A program made the position numbers and the translations under genes. Under the pieces are notes generated by a model. That model ran no database searches and was not told the DNA's origin. It saw nothing but the letters and a program-made list of their open reading frames with translations. Below are positions 48,548-57,708 of a DNA stretch of 64,000 bases, one piece after another. Within the stretch, counting starts at the first letter, position 1, and each line of letters opens with the position of its first letter. Origin of the DNA: a virus; the IMG/VR virus record IMGVR_UViG_3300035670_000111, positions 24,240 through 88,239 of that record. One strand, written 5' to 3'.

Positions 48548-48946
48548 TTAGTCAGTAACTGATGCAGGGTTCATGCGCTGATAGCGAGAACCTGTACGGA
48601 AGACCTCTTCGATCTTCGTTTCTGCATAATCACTAAATGTTCCTTGAGAGAACTCGTTTGTATAGGTAGGTGCTTCTACCCATGCAGCTGAGCCCACATG
48701 AGCACGCTCACGCATTGTCTCTTCTGGGTACTTCTCGAAAACATTCATGTTGTGATTAGGGCGGCCAGCTGGAGTTTCATATCCATGATCTATGCCTGCC
48801 TGAAACTGTGTAGGAACGTCGGTGTCAGTTGCTACGCCCTCTTCGAAACGAAGTGGTCCACGAAGACCTGGGGTAGCTGGAGACATCTTACGCTCATACA
48901 TGTTTCCGGTTTTCTCCGGAAACTGTGGTGTTGGAGCAATTGCCAT
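48548..48946 (-). CDS. Hypothetical protein
   Basis: 132 aa, RBS AAGGAG, capsid-like codon bias. Confidence 0.8.
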   Translation of the reverse strand: MAIAPTPQFPEKTGNMYERKMSPATPGLRGPLRFEEGVATDTDVPTQFQAGIDHGYETPAGRPNHNMNVFEKYPEETMRERAHVGSAAWVEAPTYTNEFSQGTFSDYAETKIEEVFRTGSRYQRMNPASVTD

Positions 48947-49033
48947 TATTTTTTTCTCCTTACGGATAAAGGATCCTTAGTATGAGTTTGGTCCTAATAC
49001 CTTGAATTATCAGCCTAAACATAAATTTTCTTA

Positions 49034-50671
49034 TCAAAAGAAGGGTGACGAGCTGACCTCTACGGTCGGCATAACCATCTCTTGGGTAAGAGAACAAGCC
49101 AAAGCCAATGAATCCACAAAATCATCGTGAGCGTGCGCCTCGTCAGGAGCCGCCACCAAGAAATTAGGACCCTTATATTGTACTTCTGCATCGGTCATTT
49201 GTTGGTAGAAACGCTTCCAAATACGCAATCTCCGGGTTTTGGCATGGGACGGCCAAGAAATCATTTGGCGTTGAATTAAAGCCTGTAAGTGTTTCCAGCG
49301 TTTGGACTGTTCTCCTGGGGTAGAAAGAGAAGATATTACCTCCGCCCTAGGTAGTAAAAGCTTTAGTCTTTGAGCTACAGCGTCTCCAACTCCATTAGAG
49401 TCCACGGCTACGGCTAAAACATCGTAGTTCCCAAGGAAGTTAACTATCTGAAAGTACTGGTCTTCCCAATCATCGCCTTGTAGTTCCATCCAGTTTAGAA
49501 CTCTATGGTCGTAGTATCCGAATTCGTCCGGCCTATCCCAGTCAACCCAGACTACAGTAACGACTGTTGAGTCCATTTTACGAGCGGGATCTATACCCAC
49601 GACGACTGGAGATCTATGCCATGTCTTAACTAGTTCCTGGGAAGTATCCCCAAGATCGTCCATAACGGATGAGGTTACGAACATTCCTCGTTCTAACAAC
49701 CACTTACAGTTATATGAAAGCTGAAATTCGTCCGAATCCTCGCCGATACGAAGCATCTCTTTTCGTATGAACTTTTCATAGTTAGCGTTAAATTTAGACA
49801 CATCTTTCCAGTCCCATTGGAAATGGTTCTGTCTTGCGTTGCGCCCCGAGTTCTGGCGGCGCTTGTTTAGCTGTATAGACCTGTAAAAGTTATTCTTGTG
49901 AGTTGTAGGGGTCCCAGTCTTAACCATAGTTGCGTTGTAGTACGCACCCATAGGAGCAATTGATTTAGAGACTATGAAGTCATCAGCTTCCTGACACTCA
50001 TCTATAACTATCAAATGGAAGGACTTAGACTCAATTTTTGCTCTTGGGTTTGCGGTCATCATCATTAGCTGAGAGCCAGAGTTTTTGAGTTTAATGTTTC
50101 TGGTTACGCCTGGAGTTTTAGAAGGAATATCATCAATCTCAGGGTCGCCAAGAACTTCCATAGCTCTCTCGCTAGTTAGTCTAGATACAGTTCTAGAGAA
50201 CAAAGTTTCTACCTGAGCTTGAATTGGGGCAAACATGCCTACCCAGATTCCATCATGGAATTTGCCTAGTAGCTCTGGGTACATCTTAGCTAGTCTAGGT
50301 AAGAGCACCATAAGAGTGGCTACAGTATTAGCTACAGTTTCCGACTTACCAGACTGACGAGAAGCAAGAGCGGTGATCTCTTCTCCGTCATTTATGATTA
50401 CACTTTCAATGATTCTTTTGGCTAAAGGCTTTTGATATGGGTGGAGTTCGTGACCTGTTAACAGGGTCATAAACTGCATGACTTTATCAATTAACGCAAG
50501 AACAAACTCTTTAGATAGCTCGTCAAGTTCTTCTTCTTCGTGAAGGTCTTCAAAATCTTCATCTTCTTCTTCAACTTGTTCTTCTTGTCCATCGAACTCA
50601 TCATCCTCAAAATCTTCGAAGTCTTCCTCATCATCCGCGTCATAATCCTGAAAATCAAAGTCTTCTTTCAT
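49034..50671 (-). CDS. terL: Terminase large subunit
   Basis: PYQ, ASRQSGKS (Walker A), LIVIDE (Walker B), TGTP, GIDPA, HDDFVDSLALA. Confidence 0.95.
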   Translation of the reverse strand: MKEDFDFQDYDADDEEDFEDFEDDEFDGQEEQVEEEDEDFEDLHEEEELDELSKEFVLALIDKVMQFMTLLTGHELHPYQKPLAKRIIESVIINDGEEITALASRQSGKSETVANTVATLMVLLPRLAKMYPELLGKFHDGIWVGMFAPIQAQVETLFSRTVSRLTSERAMEVLGDPEIDDIPSKTPGVTRNIKLKNSGSQLMMMTANPRAKIESKSFHLIVIDECQEADDFIVSKSIAPMGAYYNATMVKTGTPTTHKNNFYRSIQLNKRRQNSGRNARQNHFQWDWKDVSKFNANYEKFIRKEMLRIGEDSDEFQLSYNCKWLLERGMFVTSSVMDDLGDTSQELVKTWHRSPVVVGIDPARKMDSTVVTVVWVDWDRPDEFGYYDHRVLNWMELQGDDWEDQYFQIVNFLGNYDVLAVAVDSNGVGDAVAQRLKLLLPRAEVISSLSTPGEQSKRWKHLQALIQRQMISWPSHAKTRRLRIWKRFYQQMTDAEVQYKGPNFLVAAPDEAHAHDDFVDSLALACSLTQEMVMPTVEVSSSPFF

Positions 50672-50895
50672 TTAGATCTCTCGCTAAGGGTATTTACTAC
50701 CGCCAACAGCGCCTCAGCGCCTAATTTAGCCTCTTTTAGATAAAACGGATCTTTGCTGGACTGCCAAGAAGAAAGGTTACGACTAACTGAATAAAGAGTA
50801 GTTTCAGACCAACCTACAAGTTCTGAAGTAGGCATCGTCTCAACACGCTTTTCTATCTTAGACTTTTCTTTTTCTGCCTTGCTTTTTTTAAACAT
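50668..50895 (-). CDS. Hypothetical protein
   Basis: 75 aa, coupled to terL. Confidence 0.75.
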   Translation of the reverse strand: MFKKSKAEKEKSKIEKRVETMPTSELVGWSETTLYSVSRNLSSWQSSKDPFYLKEAKLGAEALLAVVNTLSERSK

Positions 50896-51178
50896 CGTCC
50901 ATCTCCATCGACCGTATTTTATCCCAGTTAACTTCGCTCTTTTTTAATCCCCTCCCTTTTATTGCATAGGTTAGGGCCTGGCTTTCAGTATATCCTGTTT
51001 TTTTCCATACTCCTACAACTATAGCTTTACGACTGAAGGGTACACGAAAAGCTATGCCTTTTCCTCTGCGGAAAGGGCTATCAAGCTCCTGTGTATCCGC
51101 TCTTTCAGCTAGACCTCTAGGCTTATACGGGTATGTAAGGGGATGCCAATATAGGTTTCCTACGTCTTTGGTTTGCAT
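50888..51178 (-). CDS. Hypothetical protein
   Basis: 96 aa, coupled. Confidence 0.75.
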   Translation of the reverse strand: MQTKDVGNLYWHPLTYPYKPRGLAERADTQELDSPFRRGKGIAFRVPFSRKAIVVGVWKKTGYTESQALTYAIKGRGLKKSEVNWDKIRSMEMDDV

Positions 51179-51801
51179 TACGTAGTTTTCCTAGGAGAAG
51201 TAGCTTTTTGAATCTGTGCGCCTCTAGCAATTACATACGCTTCAGATCTCATATCAGCAGGCAAATCAGACAAAGATGCTGGTCCTCTTGGCTTTACATC
51301 AAGATAATCTCGTATGTATTGCCATTTGCTGTCTCGATCTCTAAATGCTATCCATTCTTCTAATTCCACATCATAGTAGTTGTAAAGAGTTGAGTCTCTA
51401 AACATAACTGTTAAGACGCCACGTTCTGGGTTGTACGCAGCTGCAACAGTTCGTGGACGATCTGGATTACTGGTTTTTGTAGGAACTTCGTATAAATCTG
51501 GGGAGGTGTATCCAGCTGGAGCATAAGCTCGATCATCTGTTGGATATATGGCACGTAGAGGATCTGTTCGGATCTCTGCGTTCGCTCCACGGATGTCTAT
51601 ATTCTTTTCAATGAATTCTTCGCCAAATTGCTCCAAAGGCTCCATAAGGGACTTTCTGCCCTTTTGGAAAGACCATCTTAGATCTTGAGGGAGTAATGAG
51701 GAAGCAACCTGCTCATCAGTTATGCGGTTTCTACGCATAGCCGCATTAGCTCTGCGACCAGCTTGAATTGAAGGGGATGTCTTTTTTCGTCTTGGTGGCA
51801 C
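51178..51801 (-). CDS. KTSC-domain protein
   Basis: AAYNPERGVLTVMFRDSTLYNYYDV...SKWQYI. Confidence 0.8.
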   Translation of the reverse strand: MPPRRKKTSPSIQAGRRANAAMRRNRITDEQVASSLLPQDLRWSFQKGRKSLMEPLEQFGEEFIEKNIDIRGANAEIRTDPLRAIYPTDDRAYAPAGYTSPDLYEVPTKTSNPDRPRTVAAAYNPERGVLTVMFRDSTLYNYYDVELEEWIAFRDRDSKWQYIRDYLDVKPRGPASLSDLPADMRSEAYVIARGAQIQKATSPRKTT

Positions 51802-51802
51802 G

Positions 51803-52066
51803 TTATGCCTCGCAAATATGGATCTCTATTTGGGTTTCAGCAACTAGCATTTCGCATAGGTTGCACCTAAACCACTTAGTTTCTTGGTAATTGTTTTGAG
51901 CAGTTCCTTCTACAGGCAACTCTTCTCCACCATTGTCTGATTGACGATCATAGTCATAGACGATACGTGGTTCAGCCAATATTTCTGGGGGAAATGGTCC
52001 CCTTGGCCTAGTGACTGTAGGCGGTACGTAATGTACCTGCTTAGTTACTATCTTCTCGATCTTCAT
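51803..52066 (-). CDS. Hypothetical protein with C-terminal CxxC...HxC zinc finger
   Basis: FRCNLC...IHIC. Confidence 0.7.
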   Translation of the reverse strand: MKIEKIVTKQVHYVPPTVTRPRGPFPPEILAEPRIVYDYDRQSDNGGEELPVEGTAQNNYQETKWFRCNLCEMLVAETQIEIHICEA

Positions 52067-52256
52067 CGCTCACCGTTTCTAGAACAACTACTTCTTCCTC
52101 TTTTACTTCTTCCTTCTTGGCTTTTGTAGTTTTCTTTTCTTTTTCTGGGAGCGGAGCTGGTTCCTCTACAACTGGGGCAGGAGTTTCAGCAACAGGTAGT
52201 ACTTCAGGCTCAATGGATATATTGGCATTGAGTAGAGCTTGCTTTTCTTTTTCCAT
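52041..52256 (-). CDS. Low-complexity Glu/Lys/Pro protein
   Basis: ATG 52256 after GAAAGGA. Confidence 0.65.
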   Translation of the reverse strand: MEKEKQALLNANISIEPEVLPVAETPAPVVEEPAPLPEKEKKTTKAKKEEVKEEEVVVLETVSDEDREDSN

Positions 52257-52322
52257 GAAATTCCTTTCAAAGGACATAGTCTACACGTAATTTGTCCGAT
52301 TTATCCTTTTATAGGTTGTGGG

Positions 52323-52352
52323 TTGCATCAGTACTGTAATTACTGCTACGGT
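52323..52352 (+). promoter_or_regulatory. Sigma-A-type promoter for the transglycosylase gene
   Basis: TTGCAT, 18 nt, extended -10 TG-c-TACGGT. Confidence 0.6.
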
Positions 52353-52496
52353 AGACCACGTGGCCGGAGAAATCCGGCCATAAGCACCTCCGTAACAAAA
52401 GGGTTGCATACCGAATTCGGCAGAAAGAGGCCGAATTGCTTAGTGTGGGTGACAGGCACACGAAGTCAGGAATGGCCCTCTAGCCTAGGAGAAAGA

Positions 52497-53039
52497 GTGC
52501 TAAAGGATGAAGCAAAACGCTATATAGCAACTTGGTCGGCCGCCCTGCTTATCGCAGGCATACCTGCGGCTTTAGCAAGTCAAACAGACGGCGCTACAGT
52601 GACAGTAGCTGTCGAAGTAGAAGAAGTGGACCCCCTAGATAAGTACCGTAAAGCAAAAGAGCTTTCTGATACTGAGCTAGTTGAGTTATTGTCTTTAGTA
52701 GGTTTTGAGGGCAGAAGCCTAAAAATAGCTTGGGCAGTAGCTAAAAAGGAGTCTAACGGAAGACCAAAAGCTCACAATGACAACATATCTACAGGAGACG
52801 ATTCCTACGGAGTATTCCAGATAAACATGATCGGATCTCTTGGCGAAGATCGTAGAGAGAAGTTCGGCATAGAAACTAACAAGGAGCTGTTCGATCCAGT
52901 AAAGAACGCTAAAGCGGCCTTTTATATGACCGCTAAGGGAACAAACTGGGGATCTTGGGGCTACGGCCCAGATGCTTATGACGGAACTTCGTCAGAGCCC
53001 AAGATAGAACAATGGTTAGAAAACTACCCTAAGCAATAA
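52497..53039 (+). CDS. Secreted lysozyme-like (Rpf/SLT-like) transglycosylase
   Basis: GTG 52497 after AGGAG; signal peptide ending ALA; AVAKKESNG...DSYGVFQIN...NWGSW. Confidence 0.85.
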   Translation: MLKDEAKRYIATWSAALLIAGIPAALASQTDGATVTVAVEVEEVDPLDKYRKAKELSDTELVELLSLVGFEGRSLKIAWAVAKKESNGRPKAHNDNISTGDDSYGVFQINMIGSLGEDRREKFGIETNKELFDPVKNAKAAFYMTAKGTNWGSWGYGPDAYDGTSSEPKIEQWLENYPKQ

Positions 53040-53073
53040 AAATAAGGGGCCGGGTAACCGGCCCCTTATCTTT
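53038..53073. terminator. Bidirectional terminator between convergent genes
   Basis: ATAAGGGGCCGG-gtaa-CCGGCCCCTTAT with A/T tracts on both sides. Confidence 0.85.
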
Positions 53074-53092
53074 AGATAGGGATCACATCCTT

Positions 53093-53665
53093 TTATTTGG
53101 GACGACCACAACAAGAGCATGTCTCTGCAGCTGAGGCTTCAGGAGACGGAGATGATTTAGCAGCCCCTTTAAACTTTGGGCGACCAAATCCAACGATGGA
53201 GACTTGCACATTCTTTTTATTTTTTCTATATGCACGTAGTTTTTTGCAGACCTCTCCTCCATTACGCTGGCTACCTTTGGAATCTCCAGAGGTATTTCCC
53301 TCTATGCACCATACGGTGCCGTCTTCGTTGTCTTTGATGACAATTCCGACATGGGAAATTCGATCTACCCCATCCGATGGAAAATCAAAATAAGCTATAT
53401 CGCCTGGCTCTGGATCAGCCATATCTCCGTCAATCCAAGCGTTTTTCTTCTTAAACGCTGCTGCACCATTTGGGGTGTAGACAGTATTAGGGACCTTTAC
53501 TCCCGCTTCATTAGCGCACCAATTTACAAAGCTTCCGCACCATGGCTGAAAGTTAGCTTTTGTATAAGCGCCGTACTTTGTTTCGTTGTCTTTAGGGCCT
53601 TCTACAGTGCCGAGCTCAGCTTTTGCAACTTCAATAAGACGAGCTGCTGTTCCTTGTTCCGCCAT
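53093..53665 (-). CDS. CHAP-domain amidase (endolysin)
   Basis: PWCGSFV (Cys), PGDI, SHVGIV (His), IEGNT. Confidence 0.92.
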   Translation of the reverse strand: MAEQGTAARLIEVAKAELGTVEGPKDNETKYGAYTKANFQPWCGSFVNWCANEAGVKVPNTVYTPNGAAAFKKKNAWIDGDMADPEPGDIAYFDFPSDGVDRISHVGIVIKDNEDGTVWCIEGNTSGDSKGSQRNGGEVCKKLRAYRKNKKNVQVSIVGFGRPKFKGAAKSSPSPEASAAETCSCCGRPK

Positions 53666-54075
53666 TAGTCGTTATCCCAATCTTCATCTATTGGTTGTGG
53701 TTCTGGCATAGCACCATCTGGCTTAGCTAATCTACGAGCTTTAGCTTCATCGATCTCTGCTTCAAGCTTCTTGTCAGCTTGAGTATTTTTGGCATCCATC
53801 TCTTTATTTGCAAGTTGTGCTGCCATAACATCTTTAGCGCCTGATTGGCCAATGAGAAGTCCTGCAAGAGTTCCGGTGATGAATGTTGCTACGCTACCAA
53901 GAACGTTAAAAAACATCTTGTCGTTTTCAGACTGAGCCCCAATAGGCTGAGTAACGAATAAAAGGCCATAAAGAATACCTATGGCTGTAAAAAATAAAAT
54001 AGAACCTAGAGTGATACCTAGAATGAACTTTAGGCGAGCATCTAGTTCTTGGGGCGTAAGTCTTTCTTTAGCCAT
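53665..54075 (-). CDS. 2-TM holin-like membrane protein
   Basis: Two TMs and a charged tail; TAATG-coupled to endolysin. Confidence 0.6.
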   Translation of the reverse strand: MAKERLTPQELDARLKFILGITLGSILFFTAIGILYGLLFVTQPIGAQSENDKMFFNVLGSVATFITGTLAGLLIGQSGAKDVMAAQLANKEMDAKNTQADKKLEAEIDEAKARRLAKPDGAMPEPQPIDEDWDND

Positions 54076-54097
54076 TTTGTGTTCCTTCTTGTTCTTG

Positions 54098-54277
54098 TTA
54101 TGGTTTTACTAAGTCTTCTGGACAAGAACCATTTGACGTGCAAATAGGTGGCTTGCATTCCGCTGTTTCCCAGTTTGCGGGATCTTGACATGGATACCTA
54201 AAGTGTCCGTCATACCCACAACCTGTCAGGAATACTAAAGATATTCCTGCTAGGAATAGTTTACTCTTATTCTTCAT
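54098..54277 (-). CDS. Small Cys-rich lipoprotein (59 aa)
   Basis: Manual: [59 protein letters not shown]; lipobox LTGC. Confidence 0.8.
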   Translation of the reverse strand: MKNKSKLFLAGISLVFLTGCGYDGHFRYPCQDPANWETAECKPPICTSNGSCPEDLVKP

Positions 54278-54440
54278 CCTTTGGGTTCCTCAGGGGGTAA
54301 GTTACTGCCCAAGCAATAAATGTTCCAACAATTGCCCATCCTACAACAGTCTTAGCTGACCCGTCTAGGACAACCCAAGCAATAAACATACCTAGAACAG
54401 TCCAAAGCTGCTCTGCCATGTCTTTTAATAGCTTTACCAT
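54267..54440 (-). CDS. Small 2-TM membrane protein (57 aa)
   Basis: Manual: [57 protein letters not shown]. Confidence 0.8.
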   Translation of the reverse strand: MVKLLKDMAEQLWTVLGMFIAWVVLDGSAKTVVGWAIVGTFIAWAVTYPLRNPKDEE

Positions 54441-56791
54441 TTTCCTCGTCTCCTAACGATTTTGTCTCCGCCCTTTGCGGTTCCACCTGAAGGGGCCCCA
54501 CCACCGGTATTGGTAGTGGTAGCCGCCGCTGCCATAGTTGCCGCATTTACGGCAGCTTGACCAGCGATGACGGCAGCAACGATTATTTTTTCGGATTCTT
54601 CACGTTCTTCAGGTGACATATCGGCACCTATGCTTCCTAGAGCCATTAGTACCTGTCCAGGATCTTCAAATAGTGCGCCAAGTAATTCTGTGGGGTTCTC
54701 AAGAAGAACCAGAGCCGCAGCTACTTCTGCGGTAATTATGACAGCATTGCCTTCCTCATCAGTTCTAATCTCAACCGGTGTTTGTGGCGGCAAGTCTTCA
54801 TAGCTGACGCCGGCCTCTACAAGCTGCTCTACAGTTATAGGCTCGTCTTGTTCTAATAACTCTTCTATAGGTGTATTATTAGAGGATGATTCTATGGACT
54901 GATTTTCTTGCTCTATCTCTTGTGACGGCTGTTGTGGTTCTGGTTCCTCAACTACGGTCTCTTCCTCCGTCTGCTCCTGCTGTTCTTCGGATTCCGATGA
55001 AGGCTCTTCCGTATCTACTGTTTCTTCTGTGGGTGTCTGCGGTTCTTCTGTGGAAGGCTCAGTAGATGAATCAGTCTCAGTTGGTATATTCTCAGTATCA
55101 TTATCACCATCATCAGGCGTATCAATATCTTCTTCGAGTTCAGGTTCATCTACAGGCTGCTCAGGCTGGGGCTCTTCTGGAGTTTGAGGAGATTCCTGAG
55201 TGGCTTCTTCGTTTTCGGAAGGAGCTTCAGGTTGCTCTGGAGACGGTTCCGGAGTTGGTTCTGGCAGAGGTTCGACCGGAGGTTCAACAGGCTGTTCAGG
55301 AGTTATTGGAGGATCCTCAGACTCAGGTTCTGATGGAGCGTCTGGCTGAGGCGGAATTACAGGATCCTGGGGTTGCTGAGGCTCGGGAGAGGTTGGCTCA
55401 GGCTGAGGCTCAGGTTGAGGTGTTGGAGCCGTGGGCTCAGGAACGGGAGTAGGTTCAGGTGAAGGTTCGGGTGTGGGCTCTGGCTGCGGTTGCGGCTCTG
55501 GCTGCGGCTGTGGCTCTGGTTCAGGCTCTGGTGCGGGAGTTGGCTCAGGTTCTGGAGTCGGAGTGGGATTGGGCTGAGAATCAGGAGAAGGAGTAGGTTC
55601 AGGTGAAGGAGTTGGTTCTGGCTGTGGGGTTGGCTCAGGCTCTGGGGTGGGCTCAGGAGTTGGTTCTGGCTCAGGCTCCGGTGTTGGCTCTGGCTCAGGT
55701 GTCGGCTCTGGTGTCGGCTCTGGTGTTGGTTCTGGCTGGGGCTCTGGCTCGGGCTCTACTGGGGTAGGAGCAAGCTCAACTGCTTCTTCTATTTGCGTAA
55801 CACCAGCTTCTTCTAAAGTAACAACAGTTCCATCTTGTAATCTAGCGCCAGTGCGCTCGCCGCCATATAGCGGTCCATCTACTGTGTAGGTATAAGCAAC
55901 AGTCCCGTCAGTTTGAATCTGACCAGTGATAACAATCTGTGTAGTTTCTCCGGCCATCTGTCCAAACGGACGATAGACGCCATCTACTTGGAACCCACCT
56001 TCGCTTGTACGAATGATGAAATGAGTGTCTGGCATCTGTTGCGGAAGAACCCACCAGTCACGAGACTCAACAGAGATAGATGGAGTATTTGGATAAGTCC
56101 AATAAGTTCCGTCTGCTTGACCAAAGGTAATTACTGAGTTGGTTGTAGCATATACGTTCTCGTATGTAACTCCGTTAAAGACTACAGATGTCTCTAGAGG
56201 AATGCGATAAGATGTGTCATCTCCGCCAGGAGTTACTGTTTCAGTTACTACTGGCTCTGGTTCTGTAGGAGGAGTTGTAGATGCTTGACTTTCAGGGCTC
56301 GTGGATACCGTGGGCGTGGACTCTGTATTGTTTGTTGACTGGGATGATTCTGGGGAAGTTGTGGACGTCGGCTCCACTAAAGCGTCAGATTGAGTTTCTT
56401 CAGTCGTCTGGGATGGAGCGGGTTCTTCTGTTTGAAGATTTGTATCGGAAGGAGCAGGAGAAGGTTCAGTGGCTTCAGGCGAAGGTGAAGGCTCAGGAGT
56501 CGGACTTGGATCGGATGAATCAGAAGTTGGTTCAGGGCTCGGGGATGGAGGCTCCGCAGTGGAATATGTCGTACTGGAAGTTTGAGGGTCCGAAGTTGCA
56601 GAAGAGGGTTCTGGAGTTGGAACAGGAGTTGGAGTCGCTTCGGTCGAAGACTCTGTGGAAGGACTAGGCGTAGGAGTTGATTCTCCTTCTGCGCGAGCAG
56701 GAGCTATCGTTAACAGTACATATATTGTTATAAATCCAAGAACGAAATAAAGTTTTCCGGTTAGTGCTGCGAATAGACGCAGTAATTTCAT
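54434..56791 (-). CDS. Large exported Pro/Glu/Thr-rich surface protein
   Basis: Signal peptide ending ARA, S/T/P linker, one globular domain, PEPT repeats, hydrophobic C-terminus with basic tail. Confidence 0.85.
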   Translation of the reverse strand: MKLLRLFAALTGKLYFVLGFITIYVLLTIAPARAEGESTPTPSPSTESSTEATPTPVPTPEPSSATSDPQTSSTTYSTAEPPSPSPEPTSDSSDPSPTPEPSPSPEATEPSPAPSDTNLQTEEPAPSQTTEETQSDALVEPTSTTSPESSQSTNNTESTPTVSTSPESQASTTPPTEPEPVVTETVTPGGDDTSYRIPLETSVVFNGVTYENVYATTNSVITFGQADGTYWTYPNTPSISVESRDWWVLPQQMPDTHFIIRTSEGGFQVDGVYRPFGQMAGETTQIVITGQIQTDGTVAYTYTVDGPLYGGERTGARLQDGTVVTLEEAGVTQIEEAVELAPTPVEPEPEPQPEPTPEPTPEPTPEPEPTPEPEPEPTPEPTPEPEPTPQPEPTPSPEPTPSPDSQPNPTPTPEPEPTPAPEPEPEPQPQPEPQPQPEPTPEPSPEPTPVPEPTAPTPQPEPQPEPTSPEPQQPQDPVIPPQPDAPSEPESEDPPITPEQPVEPPVEPLPEPTPEPSPEQPEAPSENEEATQESPQTPEEPQPEQPVDEPELEEDIDTPDDGDNDTENIPTETDSSTEPSTEEPQTPTEETVDTEEPSSESEEQQEQTEEETVVEEPEPQQPSQEIEQENQSIESSSNNTPIEELLEQDEPITVEQLVEAGVSYEDLPPQTPVEIRTDEEGNAVIITAEVAAALVLLENPTELLGALFEDPGQVLMALGSIGADMSPEEREESEKIIVAAVIAGQAAVNAATMAAAATTTNTGGGAPSGGTAKGGDKIVRRRGKW
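56281..56667 (+). CDS. Candidate antisense overlapping gene: N-terminal TM plus coiled coil
   Basis: AGGAGGAG 6 nt before ATG; 128 stop-free codons; protein-like composition. Confidence 0.5.
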   Translation: MLDFQGSWIPWAWTLYCLLTGMILGKLWTSAPLKRQIEFLQSSGMERVLLFEDLYRKEQEKVQWLQAKVKAQESDLDRMNQKLVQGSGMEAPQWNMSYWKFEGPKLQKRVLELEQELESLRSKTLWKD

Positions 56792-56820
56792 CTCTTAATT
56801 ACTTTATCATAGTAAAATAC

Positions 56821-56848
56821 AAATGGCTGGCCTTACGGCCAGCCATTT
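56821..56848 (-). terminator. Rho-independent terminator
   Basis: AAATGGCTGGCC-gtaa-GGCCAGCCATTT then GTATTTT. Confidence 0.75.
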
Positions 56849-56865
56849 CGTTATTAAGTTGTTGT

Positions 56866-57411
56866 TTACGGTGCGGTGTAAGCGTATTTGACAAGTGCTA
56901 CTGCATCGCCAAGGTTCTTGACAGATGCTGCTGCAGGAGTCTGTGTCTTTACAAGACCGTCGTTTTCTGATGTTGCACCAGCAGCATTATCTGCAGTAGT
57001 TACAGCGCCCTTTACAAAGCCAGCTGCAATAAGAGCAGATTCAGCAGCTGCCTCGGTTAGACCAACTACGTTAGGTACTGCTGCCTGATCAGTTGTATCC
57101 AAGTATGGAGCTTCTGGTGTGTAGTCTGGATAACCGTTCCAGTTATTTGTAACTACGCTGTGGTTGTTTCCAACAACTGAGCTTAGCCCTGGGCTAAGGT
57201 TAACGGTAATAGCTGTCTTTGTTAGAGCTGGGCTCTGCTTTACAGAGTAACCGCTCCAATCTACGTTCTGTGCAGCGTCGGCAGCAACTACTACTGTTGC
57301 GTTTCCGTCGCCTGTGCGATCGTCGTCCGGCTGCATAGGGAAATTACCCCATACAAAGTCAACGGCGATGTTTCCGGCAGTGTTATTTGGATAACCGGTG
57401 TCTCGTGCCAT
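56866..57411 (-). CDS. PASTA-domain protein
   Basis: VPNVVGLTEAAAESALIAAGF...GLVKTQTPAA. Confidence 0.8.
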   Translation of the reverse strand: MARDTGYPNNTAGNIAVDFVWGNFPMQPDDDRTGDGNATVVVAADAAQNVDWSGYSVKQSPALTKTAITVNLSPGLSSVVGNNHSVVTNNWNGYPDYTPEAPYLDTTDQAAVPNVVGLTEAAAESALIAAGFVKGAVTTADNAAGATSENDGLVKTQTPAAASVKNLGDAVALVKYAYTAP

Positions 57412-57435
57412 TAAAGTTCCTATTCTCTAGAGAGT

Positions 57436-57708
57436 TTAACAATCCCATGCGCGAAGGGATTTGTTAATTCTACTATTTGGGTCTCGGGCAGTCTTGCTAG
57501 ACGTGTTCTTTTTCTTCATACCCTCCATACGGGCGCAGAAGGACTTACGACGTGCTGCAGACTTCTTTGACTTACTGGCTTCAGCCTTCTTTACAGGAGG
57601 CTTTAAATTACCCCCGGTTTCACGGTTATAGGAGGCACGGCCTTTGGCGTTTAACCCACCCTTTGGGTTCTTGCCCTCAGATCTTTGCCAAGCAGCGGAT
57701 TTAGCCAC
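57436..57708 (-). CDS. Small basic conserved phage protein (DUF6321-like)
   Basis: WQRSEGKNPKGGLNAKGRAS...RRKSFCARM...LRAWDC. Confidence 0.8.
   Translation of the reverse strand: MAKSAAWQRSEGKNPKGGLNAKGRASYNRETGGNLKPPVKKAEASKSKKSAARRKSFCARMEGMKKKNTSSKTARDPNSRINKSLRAWDC

Noticed and set aside
52239-52496. N-terminal extension of the transglycosylase ORF
   Set aside because: Spans promoter and hairpins; GTG 52497 has an RBS and yields a proper signal peptide.
55440-55770. Tandem repeats as a non-coding array
   Set aside because: They encode the PEPT linker of the surface protein.
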